Positions 34,132 through 41,262 of a stretch of 45,141 bases of DNA are shown here, in pieces (position 1 is the stretch's first letter; each line of letters begins with the position of its first letter). Under the pieces are notes generated by a model. The model saw nothing but the letters and a program-made list of their open reading frames with translations, was not told where the DNA came from and made no database searches. The DNA is from a virus, in IMG/VR virus record IMGVR_UViG_3300028831_000169, positions 1 through 45,141 of that record; one strand, given 5' to 3'. Position numbers and translations under genes: made by a program.

Positions 34132-34168
34132 TCTCACTTTCGTTGGTTAAACAAGAAGGACGAAAATA

Positions 34169-35503
34169 ATGAAACTGAACGTAGCAAAACAAACTATTCG
34201 TACGCACGAAGGCGCTCCGGCTAAACACATCAATCCCGAACTACAGCTTCGCAGGTCTGTAATGTCCTGTATGCTGTGGGAAGGGGAGTTTTACGAGAAC
34301 GGAGAATCTATATCTAAACGCATTGGCGAAACTATTGCTAAGGTTCGACCTGAAGCAGTCGCCGCGATTGCAGTCGAGGCACGCGAGAAGATGAAACTCC
34401 GGCACGTTCCACTTTTGATCGTGCGCGAGATGGCGAGACTCGCATCCCACAAGGGACACGTTGCCGAAACTCTATCTCGCGTGATCCAGAGGCCAGATGA
34501 GCTTACCGAATTTCTGGCGATCTACTGGAAGGACAAGCGGCAAGCATTGTCCGCTCAGGTGAAGCGTGGACTTGCTGCTGCGTTTCAGAAGTTCAACGCC
34601 TATTCGCTTGCCAAGTACAATCGGGACGGCGCAATTAAACTTCGGGACGTGCTGTTTTTGTCTCACGCCAAACCCAAAGACGATGAACAGGACAAACTAT
34701 GGAAGCAGCTAATTGACGGCACACTTCCTACTCCCGATACTTGGGAAGTAGAATTGTCGAGCGGTAAGGATAAAAAAGAAGCTTGGGCGCGATTGCTCTC
34801 CGAAAACAAACTCGGCGCTCTAGCGTTGCTTCGGAATCTTCGGAACATGAAGCAAGCTGGAATTTCAGACGACGCCATGAGACACGCCCTGAACGTCATT
34901 AAACCTCAACGTGTTTTGCCGTTCCGATTCATTGCGGCTGCTCGGTTTGCTCCCAATCTTGAGCCTGAATTAGAGCAAGCAATGTTCAAATGTCTTACGG
35001 ACAAAAGCAAGATTCCTGGCCTAACCGTTTTGATGGTTGATGTATCTGGTAGCATGGACGCTTCAATTTCAGGCAAGAGCGATCTACAACGCCTTGATGC
35101 TGCTTGTGGACTTGCAATGCTGGCGCGGGAACTCTGCGAGAAAGTGGCCGTGGTGACGTTTTCGGAAAAACTGGTCGTAGTTCCTGCTCGTCGTGGATTC
35201 GCTTTGCGTGATGCAATAGTTCAGTCGCAATCTCACGGTGGCACATATTTAGGTGAGGCTGTATCTCAAATTAAGAATGAAGAGTTTGATCGGTTAATCG
35301 TAATTTCGGATGAACAGGCGCATGATCCTGTTCCTGATATTGGGCGAAAAGCCTACATGATAAACGTTGCCAGCAATAAAAACGGGGTTGGCTACGGGTC
35401 GTGGACGCACATTGATGGATGGAGCGAAGCCGTACTGGATTTCATAAAAGAATTGGATGGATCACAAGAAGTTCTTGCAGAAACAAGCTCGCAAGGGTGG
35501 TAA
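34169..35503 (+). CDS. TROVE-domain Ro60/Rsr-like protein with a C-terminal vWA domain (444 aa)
   Basis: N-terminal TROVE-like pattern (LQLRRSVMSCMLWEGEFYENG..., LALLRNLRNM). vWA MIDAS motif DVSGSM plus a downstream T and D. RBS AAGAAGGA. Confidence 0.8.
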   Translation: MKLNVAKQTIRTHEGAPAKHINPELQLRRSVMSCMLWEGEFYENGESISKRIGETIAKVRPEAVAAIAVEAREKMKLRHVPLLIVREMARLASHKGHVAETLSRVIQRPDELTEFLAIYWKDKRQALSAQVKRGLAAAFQKFNAYSLAKYNRDGAIKLRDVLFLSHAKPKDDEQDKLWKQLIDGTLPTPDTWEVELSSGKDKKEAWARLLSENKLGALALLRNLRNMKQAGISDDAMRHALNVIKPQRVLPFRFIAAARFAPNLEPELEQAMFKCLTDKSKIPGLTVLMVDVSGSMDASISGKSDLQRLDAACGLAMLARELCEKVAVVTFSEKLVVVPARRGFALRDAIVQSQSHGGTYLGEAVSQIKNEEFDRLIVISDEQAHDPVPDIGRKAYMINVASNKNGVGYGSWTHIDGWSEAVLDFIKELDGSQEVLAETSSQGW

Positions 35504-35639
35504 AGCAGGAAAAGGAAAATCCAAAGTGCGAGGAGATTCCAAATACTACCGTTCTTTAGCCAAGAAACGTTGCCTGTCCTCGGCACTTTCAACGACTCCA
35601 CGGCCTCATCGCGGCGCGAAAAAACAACCAAATGACTGA
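35457..35639 (+). CDS. Possible KGG-motif basic protein (60 aa)
   Basis: ARKGGKAGKGKSK..GDSKYYRSLAKKR resembles KGG stress-motif peptides. Overlaps the Ro60-like gene's end by 47 nt. Confidence 0.3.
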   Translation: MDHKKFLQKQARKGGKAGKGKSKVRGDSKYYRSLAKKRCLSSALSTTPRPHRGAKKQPND

Positions 35640-35732
35640 TCCGGTGCGTTTAATGGGTCAGAACGGAGAAATATGGCAAACGAACCGAATCCGAAACCGC
35701 AACCGCCGCCGCCTCCGGGCCGATAAAAAGAC

Positions 35733-35766
35733 TTACGGCTCGCTGGTTCAACGCCGGGAGCCGTAA
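35733..35766 (-). terminator. Intrinsic terminator for the leftward arm
   Basis: Perfect 9-bp stem TTACGGCTC/GAGCCGTAA with a 16-nt loop. On the minus strand it is followed by GUCUUUUUAUC. Lies at the convergence point of the two arms. Confidence 0.55.
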
Positions 35767-35822
35767 CCGCTATCCCTGGGTACTCCCGGTTTGGACGCGA
35801 TTTAAGGGGGTTTCTGAGCGTT

Positions 35823-36029
35823 CTAGGGGGTATTGGGCGTTGATGTTAGATGCCCGAAACGGTCGTGTTGTTCCCACCATAGTTTTTCCAGGTCGGGAAT
35901 CTGACTCTTTTTCCATCCTAACTCAGTCACGCAAAGGCTCACCCATTCTGCGCAGGCTTTTGCGGCTTGCAAAGTGGGGGTGATCTGTCCTTTGCGCGTA
36001 TTAGCTTCCACTGAATCAGTGTTTCTCAT
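35823..36029 (-). CDS. Hypothetical protein (68 aa)
   Basis: Last track ORF of the leftward arm. Confidence 0.5.
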   Translation of the reverse strand: MRNTDSVEANTRKGQITPTLQAAKACAEWVSLCVTELGWKKSQIPDLEKLWWEQHDRFGHLTSTPNTP

Positions 36030-36116
36030 TCCAAATCCTCAGGGGTCTGTAAGGTGTCGCTGCTGCTCACAGATAATTCTGTTTCTTTAGGTTAAGGTGA
36101 TACCGTGGAGTCATGG

Positions 36117-36767
36117 TCAGTTCTGAGGACAGGCTGCCCGTAAATTCCAATCCGGTAGATCAACGTCCACGACTACGCTTCCATGTCGTATCATACGGCT
36201 GGCAATTCGCTGATCGTATTTTTCAGCAATCGTTTCCATTGATACATTAGCGGTAATCATTGTCCATTTGTATTCCCTTCGTGTGAAAAACTCGCATAGC
36301 TTGGCGTCTGAAAACTCCGTTCTGTATTCGCTGAAAACGTCGTCAACCACTAGAAAATCCTCATCGCACAATGACAAAAACTGATCGTGCTCCCCGCCTC
36401 TAACGCTGGCCGCGATGTCCAACCACAACTCAAAATTGCATAAAGGAACCCGGCTGGCGACCTTCTTTGCGAGCATAGTCTTTCCAGTGCCGCTCGATCC
36501 GAGTAAACTTAGCCATCGTGGTTTGAATTTCGATTTACGCGGATGATCCAGTGAATAAGCATTGTGTGTTCGTCGGCAGTCCATCCAGTCGAACGCTTCT
36601 CGACCAAAGCGCAGGGATTCCTGCTTCATCTTCTCAAGCTGTTTGTCTCCGCAGGTTTGGAATTCAGGAAACCACTTTTCCCAATCCTCGATACTGACCG
36701 GATTTTCCGGCGTTGAGGGTGTCATCATTTCTATTGCTACGGGAATTATGTCTTTGACTTGTTGCAC
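36117..36767 (-). CDS. DnaC/IstB-like AAA+ helicase loader
   Basis: Walker A GSSGTGKT and Walker B FLVVDDV. Lies downstream of the replisome organiser. The start may be an internal Met. Confidence 0.7.
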   Translation of the reverse strand: MQQVKDIIPVAIEMMTPSTPENPVSIEDWEKWFPEFQTCGDKQLEKMKQESLRFGREAFDWMDCRRTHNAYSLDHPRKSKFKPRWLSLLGSSGTGKTMLAKKVASRVPLCNFELWLDIAASVRGGEHDQFLSLCDEDFLVVDDVFSEYRTEFSDAKLCEFFTRREYKWTMITANVSMETIAEKYDQRIASRMIRHGSVVVDVDLPDWNLRAACPQN

Positions 36768-37398
36768 TTGAACCTCCCTTCGTATTGCTGCGTTTCCAGC
36801 GCCGAGCGGCTGACTGCCAATCTTTCATGGGATTGCGACCTACCTTCCATCCGTTGCTCTCGTAGTAATCCCAAAAGTCATTTGCCATTGATTCTGAACC
36901 GATGAAATCGACAACTTCTTTGAGCGTTGGGCGACCTTTCCCCTTAACAATCCCCTTTTCTTCAGAAACAGAAGCATTCCCATTCCCAAGTACAGAGCAG
37001 GACATCCTTGACTCTCCTTGACTGTCATTGACAGTCTTTGACAATCGGTGCTCTCTTTGCTTCTCACGCCAGTAAGCTTTCATTTCCTCAGACATTCCAA
37101 GTTCCCGATAAAACTTATGTGTGACTAAATGCCAGCCGCCTTCGATTTCCGTTACCCTTCGGCCTTCCTGTTCCTTTCGGCCACTGTGAGGGTCAGGAGA
37201 GGCGAGTACGGCTAGGGCATTCTCGGTGTCTGACAGACTTTCCCGAGCTTGATGCGCTAAACCGACTATTGAAGCTTTCACGTCCCCGTTCTGATCGGCC
37301 ATAGCCAACATTGTAATCCATACGATGCGAACTTTATCTGGCTCATTCCAAACGGACGAAGCAATCAGAGAGGAACTGAGCTTCGTAAACCCTGACAT
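36664..37398 (-). CDS. Replisome organiser / DnaD-like replication initiation protein
   Basis: Start moved to ATG 37398, which is preceded by AGGAGG. N-terminal winged-helix-like FTKLSSSLIASSVW...VWITMLAMAD. C-terminal motif FWDYYESNGWKVGRNPMKDWQSAARRW. Confidence 0.55.
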   Translation of the reverse strand: MSGFTKLSSSLIASSVWNEPDKVRIVWITMLAMADQNGDVKASIVGLAHQARESLSDTENALAVLASPDPHSGRKEQEGRRVTEIEGGWHLVTHKFYRELGMSEEMKAYWREKQREHRLSKTVNDSQGESRMSCSVLGNGNASVSEEKGIVKGKGRPTLKEVVDFIGSESMANDFWDYYESNGWKVGRNPMKDWQSAARRWKRSNTKGGSSATSQRHNSRSNRNDDTLNAGKSGQYRGLGKVVS

Positions 37399-37526
37399 CA
37401 GCGCAGCCTCCTGAAGCGGAACGCCCGCGCTGCACAAGAAGCTAGACCGCTGAGGGTCAAACGACTTACGCGAACGCTCCGATTCAAGAGGCTGTTCGTA
37501 ATACGCTCCTTGTGCATCTGCCAGAT

Positions 37527-37554
37527 GTATCGCAAATCTCTAAAATCTTGTCAA
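37527..37554 (-). promoter_or_regulatory. Weak sigma70-like promoter candidate (TTGACA-N17-GATACA) for the replication genes
   Basis: Perfect -35 on the minus strand (plus-strand tgtcaa at 37549-37554). The -10 is poor. Confidence 0.25.
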
Positions 37555-37576
37555 CACCTAAATGTTGGGTAGTGTC

Positions 37577-38059
37577 CTAATTTGAATGAAGTGATTCGAT
37601 GAAAGCCCCGAGACTTATCTTTCCGACGCGCAAAACATAACGTTTTATCCTGCCCTTCGCGTAATCCATCCCCAGTTTGATGATCGTCCCTTGGGGAGCT
37701 GCGTAAATCGGCTCGATGTTACGCATAACCTCGTCAATCGCTTCTTGAATTTCGGTAGCCTTTGCTTGTCCAAGCTTGCCGGTGAATGCGACGCACGTCA
37801 CCTTGTACTCCACACACAATTCAGGAAGGCGGGGCTTGTCTATGGCGGAATGCTTGCCACGATCTTTCGTAACTACTATCCATCCGCCCTGTTGTGCCAA
37901 GCTAGGCACCCAAACTGAATCGCACCGTTTAGCCCTATATTCTTCAAATAGGTGGCGAACTTTCAGCGACGGATAAGCCGGGGTGTAGTAATGGAGCAAG
38001 CGTGCAGCAATCGGGTGAGCGACGCATTCATCCAGAAAGATTTTCGGGCTTAAAATCAC
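37577..38059 (-). CDS. DUF5615/Mut7-C-like PIN-type nuclease (toxin candidate)
   Basis: The pattern KIFLDECV...CDSVWV...GGWIVVTKDRG fits the FLaDEnv...D...ilvT.D signature. Confidence 0.5.
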   Translation of the reverse strand: MILSPKIFLDECVAHPIAARLLHYYTPAYPSLKVRHLFEEYRAKRCDSVWVPSLAQQGGWIVVTKDRGKHSAIDKPRLPELCVEYKVTCVAFTGKLGQAKATEIQEAIDEVMRNIEPIYAAPQGTIIKLGMDYAKGRIKRYVLRVGKISLGAFIESLHSN

Positions 38060-38760
38060 GCAGCCCGTTGCAAGCTGTTGAGATAGTCGATGGCCACTTT
38101 CACTGTTGAAAATTCTACGCCATAAGCGTCAGCAGCTTTCTGAGCGCCGCCCTCTATTGCCGCCGCGTCATACAGAGTTTGAGCGGTGTACCCGGAACTC
38201 TCCATCATGGGTATGCCGAAGTTGTAGTCGCGTGCAGCTATCACGCGCTCGCCGTCGTCCGAATATGCCACGTAAAGTTTCGCAACGTCCTGCTCATCGA
38301 ACTCCAGCTTCTCAATAAAATCTTCTAAAATGATTGAGTCAGAAGTTTGAAAAGAATCCGGGGCTAACGAAGTCAAAACGTCAGGCGAATCGCGCTCTTG
38401 AATTTGAATACTTTTACCAATGATAACCGTTCGAAAGTCGGGGTGCGCAAACGGATGGGGAACCCCCTTCAACTCGCGAGCCGTATCAATCGCCTTTCGA
38501 ATCCGATGAAAGCTGATGTGAAAGCGAGACCGCAATTCGCTTACGTACAAAGCCTCAACAAAATCTGTGAATGAAAGAAGCGGCGCACCCTCAAAGGTTA
38601 AAGTAGGGCGACGAAATCGAGGCGGTGCGTCTTCTCTAAAAAACCATGCCCGAATAGTATTCGGATGCAGGCGAGCATAGAAAGCCGTCTCTCGTACCGT
38701 GTAGATTCCGGTACCGGCTTCGAATGCTTCAATGATTTTTGGCATTTCAGAAGTACTCAC
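38056..38760 (-). CDS. HTH plus DUF433-like protein (antitoxin candidate, 234 aa)
   Basis: MerR/excisionase-like HTH near the N-terminus (YTVRETAFYARLHPNTIRAW). C-terminal GIPMMESSGYTAQTLYDAAAIEGGAQKAADAYGVEFSTVKVAIDYL is DUF433-like. 4-nt overlap with the downstream gene. Confidence 0.45.
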   Translation of the reverse strand: MSTSEMPKIIEAFEAGTGIYTVRETAFYARLHPNTIRAWFFREDAPPRFRRPTLTFEGAPLLSFTDFVEALYVSELRSRFHISFHRIRKAIDTARELKGVPHPFAHPDFRTVIIGKSIQIQERDSPDVLTSLAPDSFQTSDSIILEDFIEKLEFDEQDVAKLYVAYSDDGERVIAARDYNFGIPMMESSGYTAQTLYDAAAIEGGAQKAADAYGVEFSTVKVAIDYLNSLQRAA

Positions 38761-38990
38761 GTTGCCTCCTCTCCAAGAGGCACCATGTCGGGGTTACTAA
38801 TATATCGTTGCAGAAGCCTCTCTATGAGTCGAGAGACTTTGTGCTTTCCCCATAACTCCTTGGCAGCAAGGTAGATAAGCAAATCGACTGTTACGCATAG
38901 TGGCCTCTTAGTTCGGCCCGACTTCCGTCCGGTGTTGGAGCGAGCGCCACCCCAACCCGAATTTTTTCTTGATTTTTTTGGTTGACTCAT
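38757..38990 (-). CDS. Small basic protein, possibly RHH-type DNA binder (77 aa)
   Basis: First gene of the operon that diverges from the HTH gene. The predicted transcript is nearly leaderless. Confidence 0.45.
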   Translation of the reverse strand: MSQPKKSRKNSGWGGARSNTGRKSGRTKRPLCVTVDLLIYLAAKELWGKHKVSRLIERLLQRYISNPDMVPLGEEAT

Positions 38991-39025
38991 CTTGAAAAAT
39001 ATAATATATTATTCAAGTTAATCAA
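38982..39025. promoter_or_regulatory. Divergent back-to-back promoters overlapping a 27-bp near-perfect palindrome (38991-39017)
   Basis: Plus strand: TTGACT (38982-87), N17, TATATT (39005-10). Minus strand: TTGATT (39025-20), N16, TATATT (39003-38998), then 7 nt to ATG 38990. The palindrome is CTTGAAAAATATAATATATTATTCAAG. Confidence 0.55.
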
Positions 39026-39035
39026 GGAGATTTTT

Positions 39036-39272
39036 ATGGCAAACAAATTGAGCGTTGAGAAAAAAGCGGCAGCGGTCGGAATGCTCTGCGAGGGAAGCAG
39101 CATCCGCAGCGTGGAACGCATTACCGGCGTTCACCGCGACACGATCATGCGGTTAGGCGTACGAATTGGCGAAGGCTGTCAGCGCATCATGGACACGATG
39201 ATGCGCAATCTACCCTGCCGTTTATTGCAGGTGGATGAAGTGCTTTCGGAGCTAACCAAGCGCTCCACCTGA
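39036..39272 (+). CDS. HTH protein resembling the N-terminal DNA-binding part of IS1/IS1595-type transposases, ending at the first catalytic motif (78 aa)
   Basis: MANKLSVEKKAAAVGMLCEGSSIRSVERITGVHRDTIMRL...LPCRLLQVDEV, then a stop. RBS AAGGAG. It is the only rightward gene inside the leftward arm. Confidence 0.55.
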   Translation: MANKLSVEKKAAAVGMLCEGSSIRSVERITGVHRDTIMRLGVRIGEGCQRIMDTMMRNLPCRLLQVDEVLSELTKRST

Positions 39273-39368
39273 CCGCTCTCCGGCGTTTTGTTTTCGATTT
39301 CGGTTTCCATTCTCGTTTATTCCTTGTGTTTTTCACCCGCGCTCTCAGAGCGGCAGGTGAGCTTTTCG

Positions 39369-39593
39369 TTAGACGCTGGAGGCCACTTGGCCTGCTTGTC
39401 GGATTCTTTCTTCACAATGCTCTTCCAGCCAGCGTTGGTTTCTCTGTAATACATCGCGCAGGGATTTGGTGTCGGTTATTTCGTCTCGATACATTGCCTC
39501 GTATCCAGCCGCCGTCTCCCAGCGTCTAACCACGCGCTCCAGCGAACCTGCGGTTCGCGGTTGCGCTTTGGTTTTCGTCTTTGTCGTTTTCAT
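39369..39593 (-). CDS. Hypothetical protein (74 aa)
   Basis: Track ORF in the leftward string. Confidence 0.5.
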   Translation of the reverse strand: MKTTKTKTKAQPRTAGSLERVVRRWETAAGYEAMYRDEITDTKSLRDVLQRNQRWLEEHCEERIRQAGQVASSV

Positions 39594-39596
39594 ATT

Positions 39597-39941
39597 TTAT
39601 TCAGCAGGTCGCTGAGCTTGATTGTTCTGCGCAGAGCGACGATTCCACGCGGCGAGTCTTCTAGACTTCGGAACTACGCGGGCGATTTCCTGCATGAAGT
39701 ATTGTCTCGCCCATTTCGCGAAGTTGGAGCCAGTCAACGGATACCGAATTACGTGGATCGGCCATCCCCATGCGTTTAACTGGCACCAGATTTCCGCGAG
39801 CGTTTCCGAGTCCAGTGACTCAAGCACAACTTTAACCTCAGCCATAAAGTCGGCTTGCTCCTGAGTAATCAGCAATGATTCAAGCGCAGAACCAGACGAT
39901 GCAGCCAACGAGTTCGCGGATTGAGTTTGTTCTGTATTCAT
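39597..39941 (-). CDS. Hypothetical protein (114 aa; start may be the internal Met at 39845)
   Basis: Track ORF. A 62-nt overlap with the upstream ORF makes the start uncertain. Confidence 0.5.
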   Translation of the reverse strand: MNTEQTQSANSLAASSGSALESLLITQEQADFMAEVKVVLESLDSETLAEIWCQLNAWGWPIHVIRYPLTGSNFAKWARQYFMQEIARVVPKSRRLAAWNRRSAQNNQAQRPAE

Positions 39942-40308
39942 AGTTTTGGCCGCTCACTCGCGGCTGATCTTGTCGTGTAGAGGAACTTTCTGCGCACGCA
40001 CGAAGCTCCTCGATTAAGATTCGTAGTGTTTCTCGTATAGCGGCGTCGGCATCACCGCCCGCGAGCGGGATTTGTATTCCCGCCCTAAAGACAGGCTTGA
40101 TTCTCCGCTCCAGCCTTCTCGCCAGTTCCTCTACCCACTCACTGGAGGTAATCTCCACCGGCGCTACGCTTATTTTGCCGCCACGGTTATTGTCTGTAGA
40201 GCATGGATGATCCTCGATGGACTTTCCGCATTTTTCGCAGTGTAGGTTTATTCTTCGGATTTGCATTCTATGTATCCCATCGCGTAGCTCGCCGCACACA
40301 ACGGGCAA
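39880..40308 (-). CDS. Hypothetical protein with a CxxC motif (142 aa)
   Basis: Track ORF. Boundaries uncertain. Confidence 0.4.
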   Translation of the reverse strand: MPVVCGELRDGIHRMQIRRINLHCEKCGKSIEDHPCSTDNNRGGKISVAPVEITSSEWVEELARRLERRIKPVFRAGIQIPLAGGDADAAIRETLRILIEELRACAESSSTRQDQPRVSGQNYEYRTNSIRELVGCIVWFCA

Positions 40309-40364
40309 AAAGCAGCGAACGCCGCGATCTGCGTCTCCGAGGGGAGGCTCGCTTAGGTTTTGTC

Positions 40365-40733
40365 TTAGACTGCTTCATATACTTGGATTTTTCGCGCGTG
40401 TGAAGATCGGTCTTTGGGATTCACGTAGCGCCCGGTAGGCACGATCACCTTGCGCCGTACCAAGCAATTAATCAACGCTCCGTACGCATTGGGATGCCTA
40501 GGAGGATCGACGCCAAGGTTTTCAAGACAGAATCTAATATCCTCACCAGTGAAATCTTCTCCCTCTCGGCGGCTGACAAATAGCTCCGCAAATCGTAACG
40601 CTTGCTCCATCCATGACTCATTATTCGACATCACCTTTTTTATTCCTTCGTCTCGTAAGATTTCTCCGCTGAACAAGGGTAAATCTTCTGTTTCACAGCG
40701 TGGGATGCCGTGGACTGAATTGTTAGCGTTCAC
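40365..40733 (-). CDS. Hypothetical protein (122 aa)
   Basis: Track ORF. 4-nt overlap with the upstream gene. Confidence 0.55.
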   Translation of the reverse strand: MNANNSVHGIPRCETEDLPLFSGEILRDEGIKKVMSNNESWMEQALRFAELFVSRREGEDFTGEDIRFCLENLGVDPPRHPNAYGALINCLVRRKVIVPTGRYVNPKDRSSHARKIQVYEAV

Positions 40734-40984
40734 TGCGATGCCTCACTTTTCTTCGGGGATAGGCGGCGTAACCAGTCGCGCATTTCATCGAAATCTTTGA
40801 ACTCTTGAATGTCGGAAAGCAGTGGAATCGGTTCTGGGATTCCGAGTCGTTCCAACCACTTCAAAATACCCTCTACTTTCTCAGGTTTAGGTGGCCTTCG
40901 CCATTTTCCAGTGTGAGCACTATAAACTCCGCGATATTCCCGAATAGCGTTGCCCAACTTTGTGAGTTTTTGGTTTCGTGTCAT
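40730..40984 (-). CDS. Hypothetical protein (84 aa)
   Basis: Track ORF. Confidence 0.55.
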   Translation of the reverse strand: MTRNQKLTKLGNAIREYRGVYSAHTGKWRRPPKPEKVEGILKWLERLGIPEPIPLLSDIQEFKDFDEMRDWLRRLSPKKSEASQ

Positions 40985-40989
40985 GAAGG

Positions 40990-41262
40990 TTACTTGGTAA
41001 AGCCCATTTCACGCGCGTATCTGCCGTTCGCTGTTATGAACATGTGGCAAGCCCTGCAAATTGGAAGCCAGTCCGAAACGTCCAATAATCGCTTCCCTTC
41101 CCGATGATTCACATGATGTACGTCCACACTCTTACGGGTGCAACACGGTTCAAACACTTCGCATACCGGCCTACGCTTCAAAAACTCCGCTTTAAGCACA
41201 CGATACACACGCAGTTCTTTCTCTCGTTTCTTGCTTGTTTTTCTAAGAGGAGTTCTTTTCAT
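40990..41262 (-). CDS. Small HNH-type (beta-beta-alpha-metal) nuclease-like protein (90 aa)
   Basis: CEVFEPCC...DVHHVNHREG...LPICRACHMFI. Confidence 0.5.
   Translation of the reverse strand: MKRTPLRKTSKKREKELRVYRVLKAEFLKRRPVCEVFEPCCTRKSVDVHHVNHREGKRLLDVSDWLPICRACHMFITANGRYAREMGFTK

Noticed and set aside
37398-37517. 39-aa upstream ORF (MHKERITNSLLNRSVRV...) coupled by TGATG to the replisome-organiser gene
   Set aside because: The sequence is Arg/Leu/Ser-rich and not protein-like, and it overlaps the predicted promoter and leader. I kept it only as a note. It may matter if the organiser gene actually starts at the GTG at 37437.
39273-39368. Hairpin CGCTC-TCA-GAGCG (39340-39352) as a bidirectional terminator between the HTH gene and the converging leftward genes
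   Set aside because: It has only a 5-bp stem with a 3-nt loop and no U-tract in either direction, so it is too weak to call.
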